Shown here: one piece after another, positions 26,401-36,100 of the stretch | How positions within the stretch are numbered: position 1 is the stretch's first letter | How the letters are laid out: each line of letters begins with the position of its first letter | Origin: an uncultured Haloferula sp. | GTDB lineage: Bacteria > Verrucomicrobiota > Verrucomicrobiia > Verrucomicrobiales > Akkermansiaceae | DNA: 64,000 nt | Assembly: GCA_965652295.1 (NCBI GenBank) | Contig: CBFGTS010000001.1 | Coordinates: 480,001-544,000 of the forward strand | Reading direction: 5' to 3' | Made by a program: the position numbers and the translations under genes | The notes under the pieces: generated by a model | Databases searched by the model: none | What the model saw: the letters and a program-made list of their open reading frames with translations, nothing else | What the model was told of the DNA's origin: nothing

Positions 26401-26535
26401 TCTCCCCTCGAAGCCGCAACCACCGTCGAGGCCCATCCGAGTCTGGCGGGCTATCAGTGGATGACCGTGACGATCACACCCGCACCGGAAAATGGTCGCG
26501 AGTTCTTCCGCGCGGTGGCGACACCGGGAGGGTGA
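23464..26535 (+). CDS. Secreted lamin-tail-domain protein with Ig-like linkers and a duplicated LTD-like domain
   Basis: Signal peptide; VTEINS..DFWELTNFG..VDLSGY; two units of ILNEYN..GRV.GNGG.W.E.VV.G..D.RGWTI; C-terminal DPDGD..N..EYAFGGDP...FFRA. Confidence 0.85.
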   Translation: MTRLLVSIFAVTISASAQLGVTEINSDGTPTDFWELTNFGGTTVDLSGYKWDDESANPNDAAAVTIPSGTLIEAGESILFSVSSSPAVFRAAWNLPETVQVISGGPGLGQGDRVYLFNASNVQVTNLNYAAGGFTRNTGATSLGGHAGLSAGGSSGAQSLIIDPNFSASSPRYTFATGGNFDSYAANSPNTSIGSPGAIGEAGTNSAPAFALPTSTYWTAGTALTNSAFRVSATDTDAGQSVTLSVLDKPAWLTLTADGTARYRLTGTPPSAEDYTFTVRATDDFATPATTDQVFTLVALPATSPIILNEYNSVSSTDYLRGGTASADADGVSPGPTDATFGRVLGNGGQWVEFVVVGNGSANSTTDMRGWTIRIQSTSGSATLVLSQNPYWSNVRAGTILTFIQNDSANGGLDTSIHRTSALHTAGGGYLWSNIFVGDPVYISQTSSDLGGDLGIGSDDTTFTVFDAGNTRIYGPAGESIAAYDSDSNGSLDATYGVSSTEILRVEENPAPSVNPISGAHNDASTFSTFGARNRWGAGGVNSQSFAAFATSNSPPRFTSTPENTQVTDSFSYPITTADPNGHSVTVGAAALPSFLTLTPGASGTATLATHRDLTLADAGQYLIELTADDGQPVANTTPQAFYLNVFHTAPSLILNEYNAVGASEFLNGGDAITDDDGVPLSEDGWFGRVIGNGGPWFELVVTGDGGAGTVDLRGWTIEIGTSWSGEFVASNTLVLSADDAWSAVPTGTLLTFSGWNSANGGLDTGLSLRDRSATLGDRWTNVWIGDAALLVQTSPEVNGYTINGGVVENLGINQDNTQFVLKNPLGQRVFGPAGEGIAPLSGVSSTEILQLDANPTAGLLPLLVDENSPYTATAAASTFGLPNGAQDFSPYVVEPTPYELWAESFELEGDSALASADPDGDDRDNFTEYAFGGDPSQADAGPAPTMVVGDGTAEWKFVLRDDDSIQLALQRSTTLESWSPLEAATTVEAHPSLAGYQWMTVTITPAPENGREFFRAVATPGG

Positions 26536-26578
26536 GGGGAGCGTTGGGGATGAATTGATCCCTAGCTTTCGGGCTACA

Positions 26579-27058
26579 CTAGCCGAGGCCGTTGAGCACC
26601 AGAATGCCTCCGTTCAGATACGCGGCGTAGCCGACCCAGAAAAGGTAGGGCAGCATCAGGTAGGAGGCTCTCTTTTCCAGCGGGTGAAAGGCCAGCACGG
26701 TGATGAAGACAGCGATGAGGAGCGCGGCGACGATGGCCAGCCCGACGGCAATCTGCCTCTGACCGAAGAACACGGGCGTCCAGCAGAGGTTGATGAGAAG
26801 TTGAACGAAGAACATCGCAAGCGCCCGCCATTTCGCCCCGCTGCGCGGCGCATGATGCCAGATCAGGGCCAAGGCCGCGCCCATGCAGCCGTAGAGGATC
26901 GTCCAAACCACGCCGAACACCCAGCCCGGTGGCGTGCCGGGCGGATGCATCAGCCGGTCATACCATCCGTCCATGGAGGAAACGGTCGAGAATCCGCTCA
27001 GGATTCCCAATATCTCGCAAACCACCACACAGAGGATGACTTTCGCCTTCAGTCCCAT
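26579..27058 (-). CDS. tspO: TspO/MBR tryptophan-rich sensory protein
   Basis: WYDRL..P..TPPGWVFGVVWTILY, QLLINLCWTPVFFG and LMLPYLFWVGYA. Confidence 0.9.
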   Translation of the reverse strand: MGLKAKVILCVVVCEILGILSGFSTVSSMDGWYDRLMHPPGTPPGWVFGVVWTILYGCMGAALALIWHHAPRSGAKWRALAMFFVQLLINLCWTPVFFGQRQIAVGLAIVAALLIAVFITVLAFHPLEKRASYLMLPYLFWVGYAAYLNGGILVLNGLG

Positions 27059-27260
27059 GGTGGAAACCATCGCCGCGATTGAGCCATCCGTCCAGCCAGC
27101 CTCTTTGGTCTTTTGACCAACGCCCGCATTATCCGCGGGCAGCCGTGGGTGCCGAACGTCCTCGACCCCGAGGCCGCCACTTTCCCTCCGATGGAGGAAA
27201 TTTCCATCGTCTATCAAGAGATCACCGTCACCGACGAGATCGCCAACACCACGGTGACGA

Positions 27261-28208
27261 TCAGTGTCGGGCCCGAGTCCTGAGGCCGGGTAGGTCCTCG
27301 GGAGCGATCTCCGGTTCCGGCAGGCCGAGGCGACGGGCGAGGGCCATGGCGTCGAAGGGGGCGTGGACCTTGATGTCGTTGTCGAAGTAAACGAAGACAT
27401 CGCGTCCGGCCCGGCGCGGGGCAAGCCGACTGGCGATGGTCTTCGATTTCCGCGGGGTGGAGCCGCGGTTCCAGGTGCGGATCTTCGCCGCCCAGTCGTC
27501 GAGCGCGTCGGCGGTGTAGCCGCTGGTGTAAAGTTCCTCGTCGCCGTGCAGCCGGAGGTAGAGGAAATCCGCCGTGATGTCCTCGAGGAACGGCCACTTT
27601 CCTGCGGTGTCGGCGATCACCAGAGCGACCTTGTGGGAACGTAGTAGCTCGATGAAGTCCTCGTTCACAAAGGACTCGTGGCGGACTTCCAAGGCGTGGC
27701 GCAGCGGCCCGTCGGCTTCCGGAGTCAGCACGCTGCGGCCGGTGACGTGGTCATCATGCCGGTGGGCGAGCTTCGACGCGGCGGCGGTGTCGTGCGGCAG
27801 GAGGTCGAGGAAGTTTTCGAGGACCTCGGGCTCGTAACGCAGGGACGGCGGGAGCTGCCAGAGAATGGGGCCGAGCTTCGATCCCAGCGCCAGCACGCCT
27901 GAGGCGAAGAAGTTCGCCATGGGGGTGGCGACCTCCTTGAGGCGTCTGATGTGGGTGATGAAACGCGGGGCTTTGACGGCGAAGGTGAAATCCCCAGGGG
28001 TTTCCTCGCGCCACTTGCGGTAGCTCTCCGGTCGTTGGAGTGAGTAAAAGGTGCCGTTGATTTCGATCGAGTTGACCTGTCTTGAAGCGAACGCGAGTTC
28101 GTCCTTCTGCCGCAGGTCTTCGGGATAAAACACGCCGCGCCAGGGCGGGTAGGTCCAGCCGGAGATTCCGATCCGGCAACGACGGGCGGTGGAGGTCCGG
28201 CGGCTCAT
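27261..28208 (-). CDS. DUF72 family protein
   Basis: IGISGWTY..WRGVFYP, IEINGTFY, KAPRFITH, LWQLPP, YLRLHG and VYFDND. Confidence 0.9.
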   Translation of the reverse strand: MSRRTSTARRCRIGISGWTYPPWRGVFYPEDLRQKDELAFASRQVNSIEINGTFYSLQRPESYRKWREETPGDFTFAVKAPRFITHIRRLKEVATPMANFFASGVLALGSKLGPILWQLPPSLRYEPEVLENFLDLLPHDTAAASKLAHRHDDHVTGRSVLTPEADGPLRHALEVRHESFVNEDFIELLRSHKVALVIADTAGKWPFLEDITADFLYLRLHGDEELYTSGYTADALDDWAAKIRTWNRGSTPRKSKTIASRLAPRRAGRDVFVYFDNDIKVHAPFDAMALARRLGLPEPEIAPEDLPGLRTRARH

Positions 28209-28209
28209 C

Positions 28210-28719
28210 TCATTCTTCCTGCCAGGATTCCGTGAGCGGGCCGTGGGTTCCGTGGATCGGATCCTTTTCCGGCAGCGGCACGCGGGCGATGCGTTCGCGT
28301 GCGGCCTCGATGTCGCCCTCGCCGGCGCGGATCAGATCGGGCGAACCACCCTGCGGGTAAGCGCCGACGACCCGGAAGTCCGGACTCGCCTCCAGACATT
28401 TGTGGCCGGTGCCGGCGGGCAGGACGATCACGTCGCCGCATGCGACATCGAAGCGTTCGCCCCTTTCCCCACCCAGCATCAGCGTGGCGGTGCCGGAGGA
28501 GACACCCAGAACCTCGTGGTCGGTGCTGTGATAGTGGTGGAAATCGTAAACGCCCCAGCGCCATGTTCCGGTCCAACCGTTGCCGGTGAAGCGCTCTTCC
28601 AACCAGTCCGCCGGATCGTCTCTCTCCGGGATTTCAGCGTGATAGATGACCAGCGGCAACCGCGGGTGGTTCGGCGTCCGGCCGTCGTCAGGAAAATGGC
28701 GCAGGATGGGCGGGTTCAT
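28210..28719 (-). CDS. Cupin protein (YjlB-like)
   Basis: PNHPRLP, HHYHSTDHEVL, LPAGTGH and VVGAYP. Confidence 0.85.
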   Translation of the reverse strand: MNPPILRHFPDDGRTPNHPRLPLVIYHAEIPERDDPADWLEERFTGNGWTGTWRWGVYDFHHYHSTDHEVLGVSSGTATLMLGGERGERFDVACGDVIVLPAGTGHKCLEASPDFRVVGAYPQGGSPDLIRAGEGDIEAARERIARVPLPEKDPIHGTHGPLTESWQEE

Positions 28720-28770
28720 GCGCCTTCACCCTCGCACCAGGCGGCGTGCGACTCAAGGGGGCCCGATGGG

Positions 28771-29421
28771 CTACTTTTTCTCCGAGCCGTAGGGTTTGAT
28801 CTCGACCGGTTTGGCCTCTTTGGCCGGCGCGGGTTTGGTGGCGACCGGCTCGGGCTCATCGGTATCGCCGGCACCGCCCTCGAGCGCGGGCTTTTCCTCG
28901 CGGAGGCGGACGGCTTGGTAGAGCAGGTTGTAGTTGTGCTGGACGGCGGAGGGAAAGGCCACGCGGCCGGCCTCGACGATCTTCTCCCGCAGCAGCTTCG
29001 AGGAAAGGTCGGCCACCAGGTCGGTGCCGACCTTCACCGCGCCACCCACGCCGCTGACCTCCGCGCCGGCGCTGGCCGTGCTGCGGATCAGGTCACTGGA
29101 AATCGTGCGCCCCTGCACGGCGAGGGTCGAGCGGGCGTTGGCCACGGTGCCGTCCTGGTGGAAGGAGATTTCGAGCACCGCGTGATCGTCGCTGGCGAGC
29201 CAGCCGCGGCGGTGGTCGATGCGCACGGAGACGAAGATGCCGCCGTCGGGCGTGGGGGTGATCTCCGGCTTGTAGGTCCGGTAGTTCGCGCCGGAAAGAG
29301 AGTAGGAGGCGGTGTTTTCCTGCCAGCCGCCGAGGCTTTCGCCGAAGGCGCCGATGTCGATATCGACGTCCGCCCGCGCGAAGGCGGCGAGGGCAAGGAG
29401 GGAAAGAATGATGGCTTTCAT
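28771..29421 (-). CDS. Hypothetical secreted protein
   Basis: Clear signal peptide (MKAIILSLLALAAFARA) and host-like codon usage. Confidence 0.7.
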   Translation of the reverse strand: MKAIILSLLALAAFARADVDIDIGAFGESLGGWQENTASYSLSGANYRTYKPEITPTPDGGIFVSVRIDHRRGWLASDDHAVLEISFHQDGTVANARSTLAVQGRTISSDLIRSTASAGAEVSGVGGAVKVGTDLVADLSSKLLREKIVEAGRVAFPSAVQHNYNLLYQAVRLREEKPALEGGAGDTDEPEPVATKPAPAKEAKPVEIKPYGSEKK

Positions 29422-29541
29422 GAGAGGAAGAGGAGCTGGATTGCCGCCGATGATACGGATTTTCGAGGAAATGTATTCAGCGGATTTCCCGGAACCGGGT
29501 GACGGGTTGCCACCGGGGTTTCGCCCCGTTAGCGTCGCCGG

Positions 29542-30402
29542 GTGACCCGTCCTGTGGATCTATTGATCGAGTTTCTCAAGTCCGAGGAAGCCCGCGGCGT
29601 GACCAGCGTCTATCTCGACGAACCGGCTCGTGAAGCGCTGCGGGACCTCCATCGCCAGAAAAAGCAGGGTGCCCGGGCCTCGGCAACGACTGCCGGACCG
29701 GGCGAGACAGCCGAGGAAACGCCTTCCGTGGAGGAAAAGCCCGCACTGGCGTCCGTGGTCGTGGCCCCCGCGTCGGGCACGGCGGCGGAGCGGATCGCGG
29801 CCCTCAAGGCGCAGGCCGCTGGCTGGCCCGCAGCCCGTGAACTCGGAACCTTGCGCGAGACGATGGTGTTTTCCGTCGGAAACCCCGAGGCCGATCTGAT
29901 GCTCGTCGGCGAGGCCCCCGGTTATCAGGAGGAGCGCGAGCAGGAGCCCTTCGTCGGCCCCGCCGGCCAGAAGCTCCACGACATCCTCAAGGCCATGGGG
30001 CTGTCCCGCGAGGCCGTTTACATCTCCAACATCGTCAAGTTCCGCCCCGCGATGGAGCGGCAGACGACCAACAACCGCAAGCCGACGCCCGAGGAAATGG
30101 CCGCCTGCCTGCCCTTCGTCCGTGAGGAGGTGCGGATCGTGCGGCCGAAATGCATCGTCGCTCTCGGTGCCTCCGCCGCCGAGGGGCTGCTCGGGCTCAC
30201 CGGTGCCGTTGCCAGGATGCGCGAGCAGTGGCACGGGTTCGACGGCATCCCGGTGCGGGTCACCTACCACCCCGCCTACCTCCTCCACGGCACTGCCGCC
30301 CTGCAGGACAAACGCAAGATCTGGGAGGACATGCTGGCCGTGATGGAGCAGCTCGCCCTCCCGATCAGCGACAAGCAGCGCGGGTTTTTCCTGGCGAAGT
30401 AG
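29542..30402 (+). CDS. Uracil-DNA glycosylase, family 4
   Basis: VGEAPGYQEE, PFVGPAG, YISNIVKFRP, NRKPTPEE and TYHPAYLL. Confidence 0.92.
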   Translation: MTRPVDLLIEFLKSEEARGVTSVYLDEPAREALRDLHRQKKQGARASATTAGPGETAEETPSVEEKPALASVVVAPASGTAAERIAALKAQAAGWPAARELGTLRETMVFSVGNPEADLMLVGEAPGYQEEREQEPFVGPAGQKLHDILKAMGLSREAVYISNIVKFRPAMERQTTNNRKPTPEEMAACLPFVREEVRIVRPKCIVALGASAAEGLLGLTGAVARMREQWHGFDGIPVRVTYHPAYLLHGTAALQDKRKIWEDMLAVMEQLALPISDKQRGFFLAK

Positions 30403-30414
30403 GGGACGCGGCGG

Positions 30415-31140
30415 TCAATCGCGGCTGGTGAAAGCCATCAGGATCCGCAGGATGTACCAGAAAAGCAGCGCGATGCTGGCAAAGAGCGACAGCGAAGCCG
30501 CCACGTGCTGGCCCGGTGCGTAGCGGTGGATGATGTTGCTGGTATCGTAGAGCACCGCGCCGCCCGCGAAGATCACCATCGCGGCCGAGAACCAGATGCC
30601 GAGCGAGATCTTCAGGAAAATCGACGCGACGATCAGGCCGAGGGCGATGAATCCGCCGATTTTCAGGATGCCGCCGAGGAAACTGAAATCCTTCTTGGTG
30701 GTGAAAGCGATGGTGGTCAGCCCCAGCACCAGCGCGCCGGTCAGCACCGCTGCTTGACCCAGGATCGCCGGGCTGCCCGTCATCAGGATCGCCATCGTCA
30801 TGATCGGCAGGAAAATGAGTGCCTCCGCCACCACGTAGAGAGCCAGGCCGAGGTACTGCATGGCCGGGCTGGCACCGCTGTAGGCCAGCCGGCTGGCAAG
30901 CCAGCCTACGATCATGAACCCGCCGAGCACCGCCAGCCATCCGAAGCGGCTGCCGCTCACGAGTTGCAGCGCCATCACGCCGAGACCGCTTTCCAGCATG
31001 AACGCCTCCAGCAGCGCAAAGCCCGCCAGCGCCATGGCCAGGTGCCAATAGGTCTTGCGGATGAATTCGGTGCGGGTTTCCACCGGTTGCTCGGCAACGG
31101 TGCCGACCTGATACGGGTTGAGGCTGTTCATCGCGTCCAT
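30415..31140 (-). CDS. Bax inhibitor-1/YccA family membrane protein
   Basis: FIRKTY.HL, KKDFSFLG, VLYDTSNI and SLFASIALLFWYILRI; about seven TM segments. Confidence 0.88.
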   Translation of the reverse strand: MDAMNSLNPYQVGTVAEQPVETRTEFIRKTYWHLAMALAGFALLEAFMLESGLGVMALQLVSGSRFGWLAVLGGFMIVGWLASRLAYSGASPAMQYLGLALYVVAEALIFLPIMTMAILMTGSPAILGQAAVLTGALVLGLTTIAFTTKKDFSFLGGILKIGGFIALGLIVASIFLKISLGIWFSAAMVIFAGGAVLYDTSNIIHRYAPGQHVAASLSLFASIALLFWYILRILMAFTSRD

Positions 31141-31391
31141 CCATGCGCCGGTTTCGCCACGCTGGCAAGCCCACGGGGCAGGTGACCGCGAGCAACGTCC
31201 TCCGGTCCGCCGTCTGCTTTGCCGTTGCCGGAGCACCTCAATGGTGATCGTCCGGGTCTGTGGTGCCAAGATCATCAGCTGCGAGCCTCAAGTGCCGCGA
31301 GGCATATTGCTCCCCGCCACACCTAATTTTCCCTCGTCCGGAATGACCAGAACTGCGAGGCTCTCGTTGACCGATTAAGCCCGCGGATCCA

Positions 31392-31643
31392 ATGGACGAA
31401 ATTGAGAGAATCCTCGACGCCGCGAGTGGAAGCAGACTTCACGTTTCAGAAGAACTGGCCATGCGGTGAATTCTGGTCAAGCGCGCTCAGGCCAAAGTTC
31501 GCCTGAAGCGCACGATGAATGGCGACACTTTGGATATCTAATTGCTGGAAGTGGCGGACATGTCGCTCGATGAGCGGATCCTGGAGGTGGATGAAGCACT
31601 CTCGACTCTGGAAACTGAAAACCCTGACTGCGTGCGCACCGTG
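31392..31643 (+). pseudogene. Decayed ECF sigma factor (Planctomycete/Verrucomicrobia TIGR02999-like)
   Basis: One frame reads MDEIERILDAASG..SEEL/AMR*ILVKRAQAKVRLKR..DI*LLEVA...DERILEVDEALSTLETENP. It has two in-frame stops, lacks the segment between EEL and AMR, and lacks the C-terminus. Confidence 0.7.
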
Positions 31644-32074
31644 ATCGCCGCGGAGCGTGTAGGTGACGCTGTTGAGGTTTCCGGTGTGGGTGGCGGTGAC
31701 GATGCCGTCGATTTCCGAAAGCGGCTCCAGTCCGAGCGCGGTTTCGAGGCGCTTGGAATCGGCGGCGTTGCGACCGTGAAAGGTGAGCAGGAATCAGTCG
31801 AAGCGCTCGATCACCAATTCGCCGAGCGAATCGGTGCGCCGGTGGCGACGGCTCCGGTTTCCTCCAACGCCCCGCCGATCACGAAGAGGGCCGCGATGGT
31901 CAGGGGTGCCTCGTTTTTGAACACCTCGGTCATCCGTTCGATCGGCACCAAGCCGGGCGCGACGACCAGGCACAGGGTGGAAAGGGCGAGCACATCCGGC
32001 GGCGCCCACTCGCGGAGAAAGGCGAGCAGGACGAGGGCAACGACACCGAGAGTGAGTGTGATTTCCAGGCTCAT
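31640..32074 (-). pseudogene. Remnant of an SLC13/TrkA-C permease
   Basis: MSLEITLTLGVVALVLLAFLREWAPPDVLAL...VFKNEAPLTIAALFVIGGALEETGAV is a typical SLC13 N-terminus, followed by a frame break and a stop-containing fragment. Confidence 0.7.
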
Positions 32075-32256
32075 GGAGCCTCCGCCCCGGCCCGTATCTC
32101 TTTTCCAGCGACCGGCAAGTCCAAATCCGGGAGAGAGAGCGAGGGGACGATCACGCGAGGGAAAGGAACCGTCGATGGACGCCGATGTTTTGGGGCAGAT
32201 CATTCACCGGCCCTTCACGCCTTGGCGTTGAAAAGACGCTGTGACCCGAAGCCGGA

Positions 32257-32290
32257 CCGCCGCAGTGGAACCCTATAACCACTGCGGCGG
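32257..32290 (-). terminator. Stem-loop downstream of the PATR gene
   Basis: CCGCCGCAGTGG-N10-CCACTGCGGCGG forms a 12-bp stem; there is no U tract. Confidence 0.5.
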
Positions 32291-32325
32291 CTTGAACCCC
32301 ATGCGGCGGTGCCGCCTATCGGGAA

Positions 32326-35300
32326 TCATTCAGGTGTGACGAGGAGGCGGACGAAGAGCCGCTCCTGGCCGAGAGGGATGGTGTATTCGACGGTGTCGCC
32401 GACCACTTCAGATGATGCAGGCGACCACGTGACGAGGTCGGGAGACGTTTGGACGGTGTAGGAGCCGACGAACGAAACTGATTTCGGCCAAACGATCCGG
32501 CCATCGACGATCCCGGGAGTCGGGGTGAACGACGAGCCGGTCTCGCCCATGAAGTATTCGATGCCGTTCTGGACGCCGTCCTGGTCGAAATCCAGCTCCG
32601 GACCCTGACCTCCGGCGTTCGCTGCGGCCCAGGTGGCGTAGCCCGGGGCTGGGGCGCCGACCTGGAGGACGCCGGTTCCACTGAAGTGGACATCGTCGAT
32701 GTTTGCGGCTCCCGAGCCCGATGCACCCCAGGTTCCTTCGCCAACTGTCGAACCGTCGATGGTCAGGCTGGCGACGGTGTCGGAGCCCGTGAAGTTCAGG
32801 TCGAGCCTCGCATCCGCGGCGAGGATGACGCCGGCTCCATCGGCAAGGTAGGGCATGTCGATGCTCAGAGTGCCGGCGTTGACGGTGGTGGTCCCGGAGT
32901 AGGTGTTCAGGGCGCTCAGTTTCACGGTGCCGATGTTTCCGGCGGTGACGACGACCTGGCCGCTGCCGCTGATGACGGGCGCGAGGGTCTGGGCGTTGTC
33001 GGCGAGGGTGTTTTCAAGGGCCAGCGTGGCGCTCGGGTCGGTGATGGTGATGTCGCTGGCGAGACTTCCGATGACCTTCGTATTTCCGCTGTCGCTCAAG
33101 AGAAGGGTGCCGCCGTTGATGGTGGTGCCGCCCGTGTAGTCATTGAAGGTTCCGGGGCCGGTGAGGCCGATCGTGCTTTTCAAGGTCTGGGTGCCGGCGC
33201 CGTTCTTCACCAGCGCCAGACTGCCGGTGCTGGCGAAGCTGTCGCGGATGATGCCGGTGAAGGTGAAGTCGGCACCCGCGGTGTCGATGATGAGGGTCGC
33301 GGTGCCGGCGCCGTCGACTTCCTGGTTCTGGACGACGTTGGCGTTGCCGGCGGTGCTGGACAGGCCGCCGATGGTTTCGGTGAAGCCGAGCAGGTTGAGC
33401 TTGGCGCCGTTGTTGATCTCCACCACTGATCCGTCGGGCAGGACTTCGTTGGTCCCGATGGCCAGCCCGCCGCCGTTGAGGATGGTGTCGCCGGTATACT
33501 GGTTGGCTCCGGAGAGGGTGAGGGTTCCGTTGCCGATCTTGGTCAGAGACAGCGTGCCGGTGCCGGAGAGGTGGTCGGCGAGGACGCCTTCAAAGATCCC
33601 GCCGCCGTTTCCGCTGCCGACCGTCAGGGTGGAGTGGGTGCCGGTGGCGTTGTTGACGATGGTGCCGCCGAAACCCTCCAGGGCGCCGACGGCTTGGGAC
33701 GTGCCGTTCAGGTCGAGAACGCCGGCGTCGATCGTCAGCGGGCCGGCGGCGTCGCCCAGGGTGCCGGAGCCGGTCAGCTGGAGATGGCCGCCATCCAGCA
33801 GGGTTCCTCCCAGATAGGTGTTGGCTGCGGAAAACACGGTCGGTCCGGATCCGGTTCCATCGATCTCCACGCCGCCCGAACCGACAATCGTCGCATCGAT
33901 GGCCAGGGGCTGTTCGCTGTGATTGCTCATCGACTGGTCGAGACTCAGCTCCAGCTCGCTCATGGTCAGGGTGGCGCCGTTGTTTCCTGCCTCCATGGCG
34001 ATGCCCCCTCCTTGAAGGGTGAGCCGGCTGTCACCGGAAATGGTCACAGCCGGGGTGCCATCGGCAAAGGTAAGGCTGTAGATGTTGAAGTCTTTGCCCA
34101 GCGTGTTGGAAAGGTTGGCGGGAGCGCCGTTGCCGTTGGCGGCGAAGATGACGTCGGTGGTGGACGACGGGTAGGTGCCGAGAAAGCTGGTTCCGTTGCT
34201 GTTTTCGGTGAAGTTGCCTTCCGGACCGTCGATGCTGGTCCACGACGAGCCGTGGATGCCCGACCAGTAGGCGGTGAAGGGAACGGACGCTCCACTGGTG
34301 ACGAGCTCGATCGCGGTGTCGGTCACGTTGAGTTCGCCGGTGATCCCGAAAACCAGCGTGGGGTTGCCGAGAGTGAGGCTGCCGACGGTGACGCCGGTTC
34401 CGGTCGTGAAGCCGCTGCCGGTGCCACTGCCGAAGGTAACGAGCGTGTAGGTTTCGCCTGCCTCCAGGCCCCGGTCGGTGATGGTGATGATCGCGCCGCC
34501 GTCGTTCACCGTCAGCGGATTGCTTTCGAGGGAAAGGCCATCCCACTCGGTCGATCCCACTTCAAAGTCGAGCTTCGCGGCGTTGCCGGCAGTGCCACCC
34601 AACGTAAGACCGGCGCTGTGGGTCAGGGTCAGGTCTCCGAAGCCGTTGTCGACGAGATCGATGGCGCCCTGTTGCGCGGCGTCGCTTCCGGTCGCGAGGC
34701 TGACGGGGCCGTTGATCGAGCCGCTTCCCCCCAAGCCCGCACCATCGGCGACGCTCACCGTGCTATCGGCGGCCAGGCTGCCGTGGATGCGGAGGGTGCC
34801 CCCGAGGACATCGGTCGCGCCGGTGTAGGTGTTGATGCCCGACAACGTCAGCGTGCCGCTTCCGGATTTGGTAAGGGAGCCGGTCGCGCCGGTGTCGTCG
34901 GCGAAAGCCGCGCCGGTGGCGATGGCGAAGCCGTTGGTGTCGAACAACGCACCGTCGTTTCCGACATAGGCGGTGCTGCCTCCGGCGAAGTACTGGCTCT
35001 TGGTGATGGTCAGGAAGTTGGGGTTGCTCTGCGAGGCGATGACCTGCGTGCCGTTGAATACGTTGTGCACGGGAAAGGTGGCGTCTGTGGAATCCCGGGC
35101 GGAGATCGATCCGACGGTGAGCGTGCCGCCGTGAAGCTGGAACTGCCCGGTGGCGACGGATCCCGCGAGGTTCAAGCTGGCGGCGGTGATGTTCGATGAG
35201 TCCCGCAGAACCACGCTCGCCCAATCGTTGCTGGCGGCGCCGACGTTGGTGATGGAGCCGGTGACGTTTGCCTCCGTCGTTCCGTCGAAGATCAGGTTGG

Positions 35301-35979
35301 ACCGACCGACGATGACGTTGCCGGAGACGTTGAGCGTGGCATCGGTGACGGTGGTGCTTTGCTCCGCCGTATAGATCCCGTCGGTCTGGGGCGCCGAGGT
35401 GGGGTTGTTCCCTGCGGTGCCTTGCGAGATCAGGGAGGCGAGCGTCACCTCGCCGGTGAAGAGGGTCTGCGCTGCGACTCCGGCGGCGGCTCCGGCGCTG
35501 GTCGTCAGGCTGCGGTCGGCACCGGTGACGGCGCCGTTGAGAGTCAAAGATCCCGAGGCGGACGCATTGCCGAAGGTTTGGTCGGCGGTGAGAGTGATAT
35601 CGCTGTTGAGGATCTGTGCCGCTCCGTCGGAGGTGATGCCACCGGAGAGGGCGAAGGAACTTCCGCCGATCGTGAAGGCGTTCGCTCCCGTCGCGAAGCG
35701 GAGGCCGGCGAATGGCCCCGCCAGGTCGCTGGTGAGGGAGGTGACGGATGAGGTGCCGAAATAAAGGACATCTCCGGCCTGGGGCGCGCCGTTGGCGGCG
35801 CCGGGAACCGCGACTCCGAGCGTCCAGTTCATACCGCTCCAGGTTCCATCGGTGGGGGTCAACGACCACGCCGCATCAGCCGCCGCGAGTGGATCGGATA
35901 GCAGGATGAGGAGGGGAAGCATCGATGCTCCTGGAATGGCGAGACGGAGATTCGGCAGGATGGAATGCGAAGTGTCCAT
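32326..35979 (-). CDS. Autotransporter-associated beta-strand (PATR) repeat protein with no beta-barrel
   Basis: Repeats such as LTKSGSGTLTLSGINTYTGAT and LTKIGNGTLTLSGANQYTGDT; ends YATWAA..DFDQDG..N.IEYFMG...YTVQTSPDL..W...LFVRL. Confidence 0.88.
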   Translation of the reverse strand: MDTSHSILPNLRLAIPGASMLPLLILLSDPLAAADAAWSLTPTDGTWSGMNWTLGVAVPGAANGAPQAGDVLYFGTSSVTSLTSDLAGPFAGLRFATGANAFTIGGSSFALSGGITSDGAAQILNSDITLTADQTFGNASASGSLTLNGAVTGADRSLTTSAGAAAGVAAQTLFTGEVTLASLISQGTAGNNPTSAPQTDGIYTAEQSTTVTDATLNVSGNVIVGRSNLIFDGTTEANVTGSITNVGAASNDWASVVLRDSSNITAASLNLAGSVATGQFQLHGGTLTVGSISARDSTDATFPVHNVFNGTQVIASQSNPNFLTITKSQYFAGGSTAYVGNDGALFDTNGFAIATGAAFADDTGATGSLTKSGSGTLTLSGINTYTGATDVLGGTLRIHGSLAADSTVSVADGAGLGGSGSINGPVSLATGSDAAQQGAIDLVDNGFGDLTLTHSAGLTLGGTAGNAAKLDFEVGSTEWDGLSLESNPLTVNDGGAIITITDRGLEAGETYTLVTFGSGTGSGFTTGTGVTVGSLTLGNPTLVFGITGELNVTDTAIELVTSGASVPFTAYWSGIHGSSWTSIDGPEGNFTENSNGTSFLGTYPSSTTDVIFAANGNGAPANLSNTLGKDFNIYSLTFADGTPAVTISGDSRLTLQGGGIAMEAGNNGATLTMSELELSLDQSMSNHSEQPLAIDATIVGSGGVEIDGTGSGPTVFSAANTYLGGTLLDGGHLQLTGSGTLGDAAGPLTIDAGVLDLNGTSQAVGALEGFGGTIVNNATGTHSTLTVGSGNGGGIFEGVLADHLSGTGTLSLTKIGNGTLTLSGANQYTGDTILNGGGLAIGTNEVLPDGSVVEINNGAKLNLLGFTETIGGLSSTAGNANVVQNQEVDGAGTATLIIDTAGADFTFTGIIRDSFASTGSLALVKNGAGTQTLKSTIGLTGPGTFNDYTGGTTINGGTLLLSDSGNTKVIGSLASDITITDPSATLALENTLADNAQTLAPVISGSGQVVVTAGNIGTVKLSALNTYSGTTTVNAGTLSIDMPYLADGAGVILAADARLDLNFTGSDTVASLTIDGSTVGEGTWGASGSGAANIDDVHFSGTGVLQVGAPAPGYATWAAANAGGQGPELDFDQDGVQNGIEYFMGETGSSFTPTPGIVDGRIVWPKSVSFVGSYTVQTSPDLVTWSPASSEVVGDTVEYTIPLGQERLFVRLLVTPE

Positions 35980-36100
35980 GAAGATGGTGATGGGTTTTTG
36001 ATGGGGAGTGATTGCGAACTACGGGAGGTATAGGAGCCAGCATGGAGGAGCTTCCGATCCCATTCCGCAGTATGCGAGGGAATCACCGCTGGATCGCCAA

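Noticed and set aside
31542..32231. 229-aa plus-strand ORF
   Set aside because: It is a chimera of the ECF remnant tail and the antisense strand of the permease remnant.
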